From Promethearchaeia archaeon (lineage in GTDB: Archaea; Asgardarchaeota; Lokiarchaeia; Sigyniarchaeales; SOKP01): a stretch of DNA of 64,000 nucleotides. The stretch spans positions 32,001-96,000 of the forward strand of contig JAHQWG010000025.1 of assembly GCA_029856045.1 (NCBI GenBank), written 5' to 3'. Every line of letters starts with the position of its first letter. Within the stretch, counting starts at the first letter, position 1. Positions 9,406-19,850 of this stretch are shown piece after piece. Below the pieces are notes generated by a model. That model did no database searches. It saw nothing but the letters and a program-made list of their open reading frames with translations, and was not told the origin of the DNA. A program made the position numbers and the translations under genes.

Positions 9406-12400
9406 ATGAAAAAATTGGAAGATTTTAATGAAAATGATGAGGATTTCAGTTTAATCGATTTATACCCAAAATATGTAATCAATTCTAAAGGAATACTTAA
9501 GGATTTTGATATAGCATATGTAGCAAGATCAATTAATAGAGAAACCGGATTGGAATTAGAAACTTGCGAAGTAATTGCTCAGGAGGTTCTACGAAAAATA
9601 ATCGGGCAAGGGTTAAAAAGAGTTTCTACCAATTATATTAGGGAGATAGTATGCCTTGAATTAACTGCAAGAGGATTAGAAAAATTTAGAAACATTTATG
9701 CTCGTTATATTAACATTAGTATGACCAAATTCTCTTTAGATGTGGATTTCATTGAAAAATTTAAAGAAATTCATCCAAAATGGGGTCCCTTAGGTTATAT
9801 TACTTATAAGAGAACTTATGCAAGATATATCGAAAAAGAAAATCGAAAAGAAGAATTCTGGGAAACACTGAAAAGGGTTGTTGAAGGATGTTTCTCAATT
9901 CAAAAAGAGCATTGTGTAAAATTAGGATTACCTTGGAATGAAGATAAAGCTCAAAAATCTGCTCAAATAATGTTTCAAAAAATGTGGAATTTTAAATTTA
10001 TTGCTCCAGGTCGTGGATTATGGATAATGGGAACCCCATTTATTGACCGACACGGAAGTATGGCCCTTAATAATTGCGGTTTTGCCTCAACTGAGGATAT
10101 TGATATTAAAGGGACGATTCCATTTGAATGGACAATGGATGCATTAATGCTGGGTGTTGGTGTTGGATTTGACACAAAAGGGGCAGGAAAAATAATTATT
10201 AAGAAACCTAAAAAAGATGATTTTCTATTTCGCATTCCAGATAGCAGAGAAGGATGGGTTGAAGCACTAAAATATACTTTAGAGGCATATTTTTTTGAAA
10301 AAACCATACCAAAATTGGATTATTCCTTAATAAGACCGGCGGGGGAATTAATTAGAGGATTTGGAGGAATCGCCTCTGGACCAGAACCGCTTGAAAAAAT
10401 GATTGAAAACATTAAAGATCTTTTAAACCAACGTATTGGAGATAAACTTCGTTCAACAGATATAGTCGATATCATGAATTTTATTGGCAAATGCGTAGTT
10501 GCCGGGAATGTCCGCCGGAGTGCTGAAATAGCCCTTGGAGATATAAATGATACGGAATTTATAACTATGAAGCAAGATAAGGAGAAATTAACGTCCCACC
10601 GCTGGGCGAGTAATAATTCAATATTTGCAAAAATAGGTATGGACTATTCATTTGTGGCTGAACAAATTGCAAAAAATGGTGAGCCAGGTGTATTATGGTT
10701 AGAAAATTCAAGAGCTTATTCAAGAATGGCTGAACCCCCCGATTATAAAGACAAAAAAGTGGCTGGTGTAAATCCTTGTATTACAGGAGATACTTTAATA
10801 GCGGTTGCAGATGGTCGGAACGCTGTATCAATTAAGCAGTTAGCTGAAAAAGGATTGGATGTACCTGTTTATTGCAGGGACAATAATGGCAGAATTGTTA
10901 TAAGAATAATGCGGAATCCAAGAATTACAAGGATAAATGAAGAAATATATGAAGTCAAATTAGATGATGGAAGTCAAATAAAATGTACGGGTGATCATAA
11001 ATTCATTTTAAAAGATATGAGCGAAAAGGAAGCTAAAGATTTACGAAAAGGTGACTCCCTTATGATTATGGCAAAATGGCAAACATCTTGGGATGAAATG
11101 ATGGGAAGTGAGCGTAAGGAGAAAAAAACAATTTATTGGATGATAAATGACGGGAGAAAAAATATTTTTGAACATACATTTATTTTTGAGTCGTATTATA
11201 ATAAAAAGGTACCTAAGAACCATGTAATACACCATAAGGATAACATTGGAACTAATAATGATATAAAAAACCTGGAGATGATGTCGAAGGAAGAACATGA
11301 TTTATTACATGATATATCTGGCGATAAAAACCCAATGCGACGATGGTGGAGCAAGGCTTCGAAAGAGGAGAAAAGGAGATATAGAGAGAGTATGTCGAGA
11401 GCGGTTTCTGGGGAAAAAAACCCACGATATTCGGGATATTCAGATGATTTGATATATAATGAAATGGTTAATTTAATTAAACGGAATGGAGCACCATTAT
11501 CTAGCGGAATATGGAGAAAGCATGCAAAAAAGATTGGAATGCCATTTACATCCCCAAGATGGGGTCATACTCAAACTCCTACTAATTTAATGAAACGTGC
11601 TAATATTGAGTGTGGGTATGAATATCAAAAAGATCCTGTTTCTAGAAGGGAATACAATAGATTTATTAAGCTATTAAAAAGTTCTGACTTAAAACTATCT
11701 TTTGAAAAAGGTATAATTTATGTAGAAAAAAAATGTGAGGGATGTGGAAATTCATTTAAGATAAAATATTCTAATAGAGAACAAGCTTATTGTTCAAGAC
11801 CTTGCTTATTACGATCAATACATGATAAAGGACAAGAAGCTCTTAAGAAGAAATATAAAAAAATTCGAAAAAAAAAGCAAGAGTTGATTTTTAAATTATT
11901 AATTAAGGAAATTTCTTTAAAGAAAAAAATTCCTTCAAAACACGATTTCCTGAAAATTTTAAGAGAGAATGGAATTGCTGACTTTCGAAGTGCTGGTATG
12001 TCTGATAGTTATGCGTACATCCTCGATCAAATTACTGAGAACTTTAAAACAATTAAAGTAGATTCTAAAAAATTATCGCGTGATGAAGGCTATGCAAAAT
12101 TAGTTGCTAGTAGATGGATTGAAAATGGAGTAAATTATAACCATAAAATCGTATCTGTCAAGAAGATTGGAATAGGAAATGTCTTTAATGGAACGGTGGA
12201 TGAATTTCATAATTTTGGAATTGTTTTAGATGAGAAAAAGACTAAATCTGAAAGAATTAAATTGGAAATAATATTTACAGCGAATTGTGGAGAACAGAGC
12301 CTTGAATCATATGAGCTATGCTGCTTGGTGGAGTCCTTTCCTTCAAATCATGAATCCTACGAGGAGTTTCAAGATACGCTAAAATATGCATATCTTTATG

Positions 12401-13176
12401 CAAAATCAGTTACTTTATTAAATACACATTGGAAGCAAACAAATGCAATTATGGGCAAAAACAGAAGAATTGGCACTTCCCAATCGGGAATAATTAATGC
12501 CTTTATTAAACATGGGCGTAGGGAAATATTTAAATGGTGTGAAAAAGGTTACAAATACTTAAAGGAGTTGGATTCAAAATATTCAGATTGGCTAACTACC
12601 CCTAAGTCAATTAAGATGACTTCAATAAAGCCCAGTGGCAGTGTAAGTTTACTTCCGGGAGTAACTCCAGGAATACATTATCCGCATTCTGAATATTACA
12701 TACGTAGGATTCGCTTTAATGAAAATTCAGATTTGCTTCCATTTCTTAGAGAAGCCGGATATGAAATTCACACAGATAAATACTCTCCCAACACAAGCGT
12801 TGTAGAATTCCCTATTCATGAGGAATATTTTGAAAGGGCAAAGAAAGACGTATCGATGTGGGAACAGTTAGAAAATGCTGCTGCATACCAGAAATATTGG
12901 GCTGATAATCAAGTGTCCATCACAGTTACTTTTAAAGAAAAAGAAGCAAAAGAGATTAAAGTTGCTTTAGAAATATTCGAAGATAAGTTGAAAGGAGTTA
13001 CATTCCTTCCCTTGAATGAACACGGTTATGAACAAGCTCCTTATGAAGAAATTACACAAGAACAGTATCATGAAATGAAATCGAAATTAAAACCACTCAA
13101 CCTGAGTACAGTTAAAAGTGAAGCACTGGGTGAAAGATTTTGTGATGCAGATTTCTGTGAGATTAAATTCAAATGA
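9406..13176 (+). CDS. nrdJ: Class II (adenosylcobalamin-dependent) ribonucleotide reductase, monomeric RTPR-like, with N-terminal ATP-cone and one intein
   Basis: YKRTYAR, PGRGLW, LNNC, GVGVGFD, VVAGNVRRSAE, NP|CGE split by the intein, KPSGSVS, DNQVSITV and C-terminal CDADFC cysteine pair. Confidence 0.95.
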   Translation: MKKLEDFNENDEDFSLIDLYPKYVINSKGILKDFDIAYVARSINRETGLELETCEVIAQEVLRKIIGQGLKRVSTNYIREIVCLELTARGLEKFRNIYARYINISMTKFSLDVDFIEKFKEIHPKWGPLGYITYKRTYARYIEKENRKEEFWETLKRVVEGCFSIQKEHCVKLGLPWNEDKAQKSAQIMFQKMWNFKFIAPGRGLWIMGTPFIDRHGSMALNNCGFASTEDIDIKGTIPFEWTMDALMLGVGVGFDTKGAGKIIIKKPKKDDFLFRIPDSREGWVEALKYTLEAYFFEKTIPKLDYSLIRPAGELIRGFGGIASGPEPLEKMIENIKDLLNQRIGDKLRSTDIVDIMNFIGKCVVAGNVRRSAEIALGDINDTEFITMKQDKEKLTSHRWASNNSIFAKIGMDYSFVAEQIAKNGEPGVLWLENSRAYSRMAEPPDYKDKKVAGVNPCITGDTLIAVADGRNAVSIKQLAEKGLDVPVYCRDNNGRIVIRIMRNPRITRINEEIYEVKLDDGSQIKCTGDHKFILKDMSEKEAKDLRKGDSLMIMAKWQTSWDEMMGSERKEKKTIYWMINDGRKNIFEHTFIFESYYNKKVPKNHVIHHKDNIGTNNDIKNLEMMSKEEHDLLHDISGDKNPMRRWWSKASKEEKRRYRESMSRAVSGEKNPRYSGYSDDLIYNEMVNLIKRNGAPLSSGIWRKHAKKIGMPFTSPRWGHTQTPTNLMKRANIECGYEYQKDPVSRREYNRFIKLLKSSDLKLSFEKGIIYVEKKCEGCGNSFKIKYSNREQAYCSRPCLLRSIHDKGQEALKKKYKKIRKKKQELIFKLLIKEISLKKKIPSKHDFLKILRENGIADFRSAGMSDSYAYILDQITENFKTIKVDSKKLSRDEGYAKLVASRWIENGVNYNHKIVSVKKIGIGNVFNGTVDEFHNFGIVLDEKKTKSERIKLEIIFTANCGEQSLESYELCCLVESFPSNHESYEEFQDTLKYAYLYAKSVTLLNTHWKQTNAIMGKNRRIGTSQSGIINAFIKHGRREIFKWCEKGYKYLKELDSKYSDWLTTPKSIKMTSIKPSGSVSLLPGVTPGIHYPHSEYYIRRIRFNENSDLLPFLREAGYEIHTDKYSPNTSVVEFPIHEEYFERAKKDVSMWEQLENAAAYQKYWADNQVSITVTFKEKEAKEIKVALEIFEDKLKGVTFLPLNEHGYEQAPYEEITQEQYHEMKSKLKPLNLSTVKSEALGERFCDADFCEIKFK
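10777..12285 (+). mobile_element. Intein (503 aa) with HNH-type homing endonuclease, in the NPC active-site motif of NrdJ
   Basis: Block A CITGDTLIAVADG, block B CTGDHKF, HNH HVIHHKDNIGTNNDIKNL, NUMOD3-like SGDKNPM and SGEKNPRY, block F VFNGTVDEFHNF, C-terminus IFTAN followed by Cys. Removal restores AGVNP-CGEQSLESYELC. Confidence 0.93.
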
Positions 13177-13317
13177 ATTAACATGAAATATCATTCAATT
13201 ATTAAAAAGTCAAGAGATTTTAGACAAATATTATTAAGTTTATTAAGTAAATAATCTTAATAATTGTGAAATACCAATACTTATTATATTACAATATAAA
13301 GAAAAGGTTGAAAGATA

Positions 13318-14592
13318 ATGGTAAAAATTATTCATCTTGCAGATACTCATCTTGGTTTTCGATTAAGAAAGAACTTTAAAAATGACTGGTTTAAATTTGG
13401 TGAAATTCGATGGTATGAAAATGATTTTTATAAGAGATGGGATGATTTTTTTAATTATTGTATTGATAATAAGGATAATATCGATTTTATAGTTCATTCG
13501 GGAGATATTTTCCATACTCCATTCGGAGAAAATCCATTTCCACCACCAGAACCGGCAAGAGAAGTTGTCGTTAAAAGCTTAAAAATTTTTTTTAAAGAAA
13601 CTGAAAATAAAATTCCCATTATCTTAATTGATGGTAATCATGGTATTTATCAAGGATATAGATATTCAATTATGGACAGCATTACTTCCATCTTTCCAAA
13701 ACTCCATTATTTTTCCGTCTGGGACTTAAAACATGCAATAACTAATACTCAACAATTAACTTTAGAATTTCCAGATAAAAGCACTCGATTTTATTTGTTT
13801 CCTTATTTTGAATTTACTCTAAACAATGATATTAAAGTTGAATATGATAAATGGATTGAAAAACAAAGACCTAAAGAGGATATAGTCGAGATTGCTGTAG
13901 TTCATGGATCTGATGTCGATAAAACACTTCACGAGAAATTAAAATCATTCAATTACTCATACATTGCATTAGGCCATGAACATAACCAAAGAAAAATTTC
14001 CGGTAATGCTTATTATTCAGGATCATTTGTACCACTTAATTTTGATGAGGTAAATATTTCAAACGGGTATTTAGAAGTTATAATTGAAAAAAATAAGAAA
14101 CCCGTGGTCAAGAATCATATTTTCGAGAAAAATCGTGCTTTTGAAGAAATTGATATAGAAGTAGACCCATCAACTACAAGTAATTCAATATTTTCTACCA
14201 TAGAAGAAAAAATTGAACCATTTAAGACCCAAAAATGGGAAGGGGTTTCTGCCGCTCGATTAAAAATTAATTTTAGAGGTAATATTTCTCTTACAAGTTT
14301 TTGGAATTTAAGCGAAGAATTAAGATCATTTCAGTCTAAAGTTATTAATGAAGGGAATTATAATATTTTACAACTTATTATCGACTGGCATGAAGTTTCG
14401 AAAGATTTGGGTGATGAGTTAGCTCCTGAAATCATAGAAGAATACGTATTAAGTAATCCTAAAGAGGAATTTCTGGAATATATTCACGGAAAAATTAAGC
14501 CAGCTGAAGGGTATAATGTAGATTTATTAGCAGAAATCGCAATAGAAGCAATTGAAACATCTTTAAAAAAATTTGGCGGAGAAACTGATTGA
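13318..14592 (+). CDS. mre11: Mre11/SbcD-like DNA repair nuclease
   Basis: Calcineurin-like motifs HLADTHLG, HSGDIFH, DGNH, VVHG, LGHEH, YSGS; overlaps the start of rad50. Confidence 0.88.
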   Translation: MVKIIHLADTHLGFRLRKNFKNDWFKFGEIRWYENDFYKRWDDFFNYCIDNKDNIDFIVHSGDIFHTPFGENPFPPPEPAREVVVKSLKIFFKETENKIPIILIDGNHGIYQGYRYSIMDSITSIFPKLHYFSVWDLKHAITNTQQLTLEFPDKSTRFYLFPYFEFTLNNDIKVEYDKWIEKQRPKEDIVEIAVVHGSDVDKTLHEKLKSFNYSYIALGHEHNQRKISGNAYYSGSFVPLNFDEVNISNGYLEVIIEKNKKPVVKNHIFEKNRAFEEIDIEVDPSTTSNSIFSTIEEKIEPFKTQKWEGVSAARLKINFRGNISLTSFWNLSEELRSFQSKVINEGNYNILQLIIDWHEVSKDLGDELAPEIIEEYVLSNPKEEFLEYIHGKIKPAEGYNVDLLAEIAIEAIETSLKKFGGETD

Positions 14593-16694
14593 GAATCAAA
14601 AAAGTGGAATTTAAAAATTTCAAATGTTTTCCAGATTTAATACTTCCTGAAAGAGAAGACGAGAATTTCTCTGAAGGTTTATTTTTAATACAAGGGACAA
14701 CTCCTGAGAGGTCAAATAGTTTCGGGAAAACAAGTTTTGTTGAAGGAATTCTTTTTGGCTTGTTTGGACCGAAAAGCACAATTTTATCAATCAATAATTT
14801 AATTACTTTTGGACAAGAAAAAGGAGAGATAAAGATAATATTTGAGCTCGACGGTATCGATTATATGATACAAAGATTATTGAATAGAACGAGTTCAAGT
14901 GGTTCCCAAAAATTAAGAACTTATATAAGAGTTAATAATAATTGGAAATCCGACAACACGATTAATATTGAGGAATTAATAGAGATAAAGAGAGAACAAG
15001 CATTACAAACAGCTTTTGTAAAACAAGGTCAAATAGAGAGTTTGGCATCAGCTAGTCCAGCGAAATTACGGGATTTAATAATAGATTTATTTCGTTTAAA
15101 TATTGTTGATTATGCTTCAGATTATCTTAAGAATATGAATAAAGTTGCAATAAATCGGATAAAAGCTATAAATAAAAATTATATTTCTCCTTCAGAAATT
15201 GATAAAAATATTAATAAAAAAGAACAGCAATTAGCAGAAAATAGCATAGACCTTAAAAATAATTTCACAAAAATCGATACGTTAAAAACTCAGTTAAAGA
15301 ACTTGCCTGATAAGGGAAAATTAATTGAACTTAATGAAATTAAGGAAAAAATTAAACAAGGTATTGGCAAAATTGAGGTATTCTTAGAACAATTAGCCAA
15401 TAAATTAAAAACTTTAAGCTCAGATGATAATATCCAAGAGTCCAATATTGATCATTTTATAAAAACAAAAGAAAATGAAATCACTAAATTAGAAAGTAAT
15501 AAAGATACACTGTCAGAAGCATTAAAAAAAGTTCTTTCAGAAATGAATAAGAAAAAGGGAATTATTTCACAGATTGAAAAAAACAAAAGTAAAATAAGTA
15601 AAAATTTTAATTTTAAAGGAGGAAAGCAAATAGCTAAGTGTCCAACTTGTACAAGAGAGATAAGTTTTCATGATGCTCAAGAGATTATAAATCACTATGA
15701 CAGTGAGATTAATAATTTAAAAAATGATATAAATAAATTAAAACCAAATTTGGGAGAATTAGAAAATAAAAAAGGAGATATCGAAAATAGGTTGGATTAC
15801 TTAAAATCAACTCATAGAAACCTGCAAGAGATTAAAGATATTTACATAAAAAAGAAGAAATATGAAGTAGAGATAGAAAATAATAGATTAGAGAACTTAA
15901 AATTATTAAAAAAATTTAATACATCAACAGAGAAGGAATTTTTAGAAAAATTTAATGTTAAAAATATCGATCAATTAAGAGAAAAAATAATCAAAATCGA
16001 TGGTGAAATAAATTCCCTAATACAAGTAAATAAGAGAATCGAAAGTGAAAATAATTATTTAAAGAATGAAATCCAGGAGCTCAAATTAAAAAAGGAGAAT
16101 ATGATCAAACTTCGAGATGAAAGAGAACAGCTAGAGACGAAAATTAAGCATATTGATAAAAATAAAGAATTAGTAAAAGGATTCATAACAGAATATATGG
16201 TTGAAAAGAGACTAATCCATAATATCCAATATGAAACTAAAAGATTTCTAAAATATTTTTCAGGTGGTCAATACTCCAATCTAAATTTAACAAGCATTGA
16301 TAAAGGACGTGGAATAAAAATTGATGTATTTGATGAATTTAGCCAAACTATTAAAGATATTGATTTTCTTAGTGGAGGAGATAAAGTTGCTCTTGGATTT
16401 GCTTTAAGAATGGGGATCTCAGAGTTAATGACAAAAATCAGACCAACCAAAAATTCTCCAAAGAAAAATCCTAAAATTGATTTTATGATTTTAGATGAAC
16501 CATTAGCAGCATTAGATAAAGATCGTAGAACACAAGTATTAACAACTCTTGAAAGTCAAAAAGATTTTAATCAAATATTTTTAATTACACACACAAATAT
16601 ACCAGAAGAAATTAAGCCAAATTTTATAAAAATCGCTAAAAATTTTGAAAATGGGCTAAGTTCGGCCATTTATATAGATAAAGAAAAAAATTAA
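14589..16694 (+). CDS. rad50: Rad50/SbcC-like ABC ATPase with central zinc hook
   Basis: NFKCF, atypical Walker A ...NSFGKTS, Q-loop VKQGQI, CPTC hook at aa 351, signature LSGGD, Walker B ILDEP, H-loop LITH. Confidence 0.9.
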   Translation: MRIKKVEFKNFKCFPDLILPEREDENFSEGLFLIQGTTPERSNSFGKTSFVEGILFGLFGPKSTILSINNLITFGQEKGEIKIIFELDGIDYMIQRLLNRTSSSGSQKLRTYIRVNNNWKSDNTINIEELIEIKREQALQTAFVKQGQIESLASASPAKLRDLIIDLFRLNIVDYASDYLKNMNKVAINRIKAINKNYISPSEIDKNINKKEQQLAENSIDLKNNFTKIDTLKTQLKNLPDKGKLIELNEIKEKIKQGIGKIEVFLEQLANKLKTLSSDDNIQESNIDHFIKTKENEITKLESNKDTLSEALKKVLSEMNKKKGIISQIEKNKSKISKNFNFKGGKQIAKCPTCTREISFHDAQEIINHYDSEINNLKNDINKLKPNLGELENKKGDIENRLDYLKSTHRNLQEIKDIYIKKKKYEVEIENNRLENLKLLKKFNTSTEKEFLEKFNVKNIDQLREKIIKIDGEINSLIQVNKRIESENNYLKNEIQELKLKKENMIKLRDEREQLETKIKHIDKNKELVKGFITEYMVEKRLIHNIQYETKRFLKYFSGGQYSNLNLTSIDKGRGIKIDVFDEFSQTIKDIDFLSGGDKVALGFALRMGISELMTKIRPTKNSPKKNPKIDFMILDEPLAALDKDRRTQVLTTLESQKDFNQIFLITHTNIPEEIKPNFIKIAKNFENGLSSAIYIDKEKN

Positions 16695-16721
16695 TTATAT
16701 AAAAATATTGAGTGAAAAAAA

Positions 16722-18479
16722 ATGATAATTAATATAAATGCATTAGAGAGAGTTATTGAACTTAATATTGAACAATATTATCCTGTTCATAGTTATATAA
16801 AATTAGATTGCCCGAAAGATAAACCCAAATATACTATTTTATGTATGAACCAGCAAGTTATGACTGTCGAAGAATATATTGAATTAAGACGTCAAACTGC
16901 AAATATTGAAATCAACGAATATTTAATAAAATTGCTTCAGACGGGATTAAAATATGTCTTATTCGCAGCACCTATCCTTTTAATAGATCATGAAAAAGAA
17001 ATGAAAGAGTTGAAAAAAACTAAACCTGATAAGAATAATTATGTGATGAAACGAAATGTACTCATTGAAATTGAAAAGCTTATGCAAGGTGGTGTGTTAT
17101 CTCCCCATACTTCAGAAATTTCTGAAGATCAAAGTGATATACCAGTTCTATTGGAAAATATTTTTCCTCAATCAAATGGGGTCTTTATTGGGCGTTTATT
17201 GTATGATAAAACAAATGTATATATTCCAATCAAGTCATTACCGGTTCATTTAGGAATTATTGGAACGACAGGAGCAGGGAAATCTAATTTAATGCAAGTT
17301 ATGATTAATGGAGCAGTTGATCATAATTTAGAAGTAAAAACTAAGAATTTAACTAATATTCCATTAGTTTCTTCACTTGCAATAGACCCACATGATGAAT
17401 ATGCTTTGGGACCAGAAGGGAGGGGATTATATCACCTTGTTAATTTATTAGATTTAAAAATTAGAAATGATATTTTTGGTTCTTTTTTCTATTTATATCC
17501 AAGGGGGACAAGAATTCAAAGCATATTATCTCCTTTTTCTTTAGAATGTGTTATAAATTACGAGGAAATAACTCCTTTGGATGTATTAAATGTTCAAAGT
17601 TTTACTGGGGTACAATCTGAAGTTATGGAAGCAGAGTATTTTGTTGCTCATGATGATTGGATTGAAGATATATTAACCGGTACTTTAACCTCATCTGGAC
17701 ATCATGATGCTTCTATAGCTGCTGTACGAAGAAGATTACGTCCTATTGAAAGATCTAATATTTTTCAGCCCCAATCAGCGAATAGTTCAACCTTGCCTGA
17801 AATTATTTACGCTTTGGAAAGTGGTAAAACTTTAGATTTTAATTGTTCCTTGTTAAGTGATTTTGAAATGTTTCTTTTTAATACAGTTGTGGCAAGAACA
17901 ATTTTCAATATTAGGAAAGCGCTAAAAGCATCAGCTACTATGACTGATTTTAAGGCTCAATTATTCTCTCGTTTGCCCAACTCGTTCGTTAAAAGTTATG
18001 AAAATAAATTGAACATATATATTACCAAAGGAAACGAAGTTAAAGATCCAACAGATATGCCAATTGTAGTTTTTACAATCGAAGAAGCTCCCTCTATACT
18101 CAACCCAGATTTGATGAGGGGCCCAAATATCTTCAAAGATATAGCAAGACAAGGAAGAAAATTTCATATTTCATTGGCTGTGATTAGTCAACAGATTTCT
18201 ACATTAGATAATGCAATAATTTCAAATCTTAACACATATATTGATTTACCTGTTGGTAGTGATAAAGAGAGAAGAGGGCTTATTGATAATGCTTCAAGCT
18301 CAATCCAGATAAATGATCTTAAATCTTTGGAGGGGACATTAGGCGTTTCAATAATAAACGGAAATTGGCTTACAAAATTTCAAAAGATCATTATTCCAAG
18401 ATATAAAGATCATTTTGAAGAAAATAAAGCAAAATATAGTAGATATAAATCAATAGGTACGAAGACTCCCTTGATTTAA
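16722..18479 (+). CDS. herA: HerA-like helicase/translocase
   Basis: HLGIIGTTGAGKSN, IDPHDEY, IEEAP, ARQGRKFHI and ISQ motifs; context with mre11 and rad50. Confidence 0.88.
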   Translation: MIININALERVIELNIEQYYPVHSYIKLDCPKDKPKYTILCMNQQVMTVEEYIELRRQTANIEINEYLIKLLQTGLKYVLFAAPILLIDHEKEMKELKKTKPDKNNYVMKRNVLIEIEKLMQGGVLSPHTSEISEDQSDIPVLLENIFPQSNGVFIGRLLYDKTNVYIPIKSLPVHLGIIGTTGAGKSNLMQVMINGAVDHNLEVKTKNLTNIPLVSSLAIDPHDEYALGPEGRGLYHLVNLLDLKIRNDIFGSFFYLYPRGTRIQSILSPFSLECVINYEEITPLDVLNVQSFTGVQSEVMEAEYFVAHDDWIEDILTGTLTSSGHHDASIAAVRRRLRPIERSNIFQPQSANSSTLPEIIYALESGKTLDFNCSLLSDFEMFLFNTVVARTIFNIRKALKASATMTDFKAQLFSRLPNSFVKSYENKLNIYITKGNEVKDPTDMPIVVFTIEEAPSILNPDLMRGPNIFKDIARQGRKFHISLAVISQQISTLDNAIISNLNTYIDLPVGSDKERRGLIDNASSSIQINDLKSLEGTLGVSIINGNWLTKFQKIIIPRYKDHFEENKAKYSRYKSIGTKTPLI

Positions 18480-18505
18480 ATAGTTAAACAAAAAGTGGAT
18501 TATTT

Positions 18506-19669
18506 GTGGGATTAAAAAAATATAAATTAATAGAATTAGAAGAATCACTGAAAAAGGCAGAATTACCCGCTCAAATAGAAGAATTAAAAAAAGAACACGT
18601 TCAGTGGACCAAGGAAAAAAAAGAATTAAGAGATAAATATAAAGAAGAACTTGAAAAAGAAAAAACAGATATTATTATTAAACAAATGAAGCATAAGCCT
18701 ATTAAAGGCGTAGATGAAACATTTTTTAAGCAAGGAGGGTTATTAATTGGATTTGATGAAAGTCAAAATTCAAAGATTGGCACTTATGCAAGAGTTTCAT
18801 GCTTTAAATTCGGAGAAAGTCAGGTAAGTTATGAAGATAGTAGATATAAATATAGAGATTATATGTATGAGCCATTATTTGGATATTTAGAAGATAGCTA
18901 TCAAAAAATTAAAATTTATACTGATGCAATAGAATATTTTGTGAAAAATTTAGAAGATGAATTCAAAGGAACCTTTTTGAAACATTCAGTTACCGAAATA
19001 AGAAAATGGTATGAAAAAGTATTTCCCGTGGAAACAGGATTAGAATGGAAACATAATTTACCTTCTGTAGGTCATGTTGCTGATCGTATTAGAACAGCAG
19101 ATGAATTATTATGTACCGTTATAAGAATGAAACAAATTAAGACTGAATTTCCAGATCGAGATATTATATTTTTAGGAGATGGTATTAGTGCTTTTAGACC
19201 TCATATTTTTCCCCCAATTCATTTTGTTCAATTTTTTCTTAAATTTCTCAAGGAATATAAATTAAAATATTATACTTTTTCAAAAACTTGTAGATTACGT
19301 GAAAAAGATACTGGTGTTTTTATTTTACCCGTGTTTTCTAAAATTATTGAAAAAGATCCATTTATAGTAGAGATACCACAAAAACATTCAGTAAGCAACT
19401 CTCACCTTGTAAGATTGATAAAAAGAGATATGCCTGCCTTGAGATTTGACGTCCCAAGAGAGATTGATTTAAGTGGAGCAATTGCAATTGTTAAAAAGAT
19501 TATTCCACTTTCTCCACTTGGCTATCCATTATGTCTAGAGCACGCTCATAATGCAGGTAGATTGACGAATTTGGAATGGAGAATATTAGATATTAAATTT
19601 AGAGGTGCTCAAGAAGATCCTAGAACTAAAAATTTAGTTTCAAATTTAAGAAAATATGTTCTACCTTAA
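18506..19669 (+). CDS. nurA: NurA-like 5'-3' nuclease
   Basis: IGFDES, FLGDG, FSKT, LRFD and C-terminal GYPLCLEHAH; directly downstream of herA. Confidence 0.8.
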   Translation: MGLKKYKLIELEESLKKAELPAQIEELKKEHVQWTKEKKELRDKYKEELEKEKTDIIIKQMKHKPIKGVDETFFKQGGLLIGFDESQNSKIGTYARVSCFKFGESQVSYEDSRYKYRDYMYEPLFGYLEDSYQKIKIYTDAIEYFVKNLEDEFKGTFLKHSVTEIRKWYEKVFPVETGLEWKHNLPSVGHVADRIRTADELLCTVIRMKQIKTEFPDRDIIFLGDGISAFRPHIFPPIHFVQFFLKFLKEYKLKYYTFSKTCRLREKDTGVFILPVFSKIIEKDPFIVEIPQKHSVSNSHLVRLIKRDMPALRFDVPREIDLSGAIAIVKKIIPLSPLGYPLCLEHAHNAGRLTNLEWRILDIKFRGAQEDPRTKNLVSNLRKYVLP

Positions 19670-19850
19670 AAAAGAAGTCTTTCTTTCTCAAAAGTATTGA
19701 ATAACCTTAAGATAGAATAAAAATTAAAAATTTGATTCATAAATCATTTTTAAATAATGAGATAAATATCGTTTGGTTTATAAGGAATTACAAAAAATAA
19801 AAAATGAAATTTTCAAGAATTCATAATTTACAACTTAAAAGGTATTAGAA

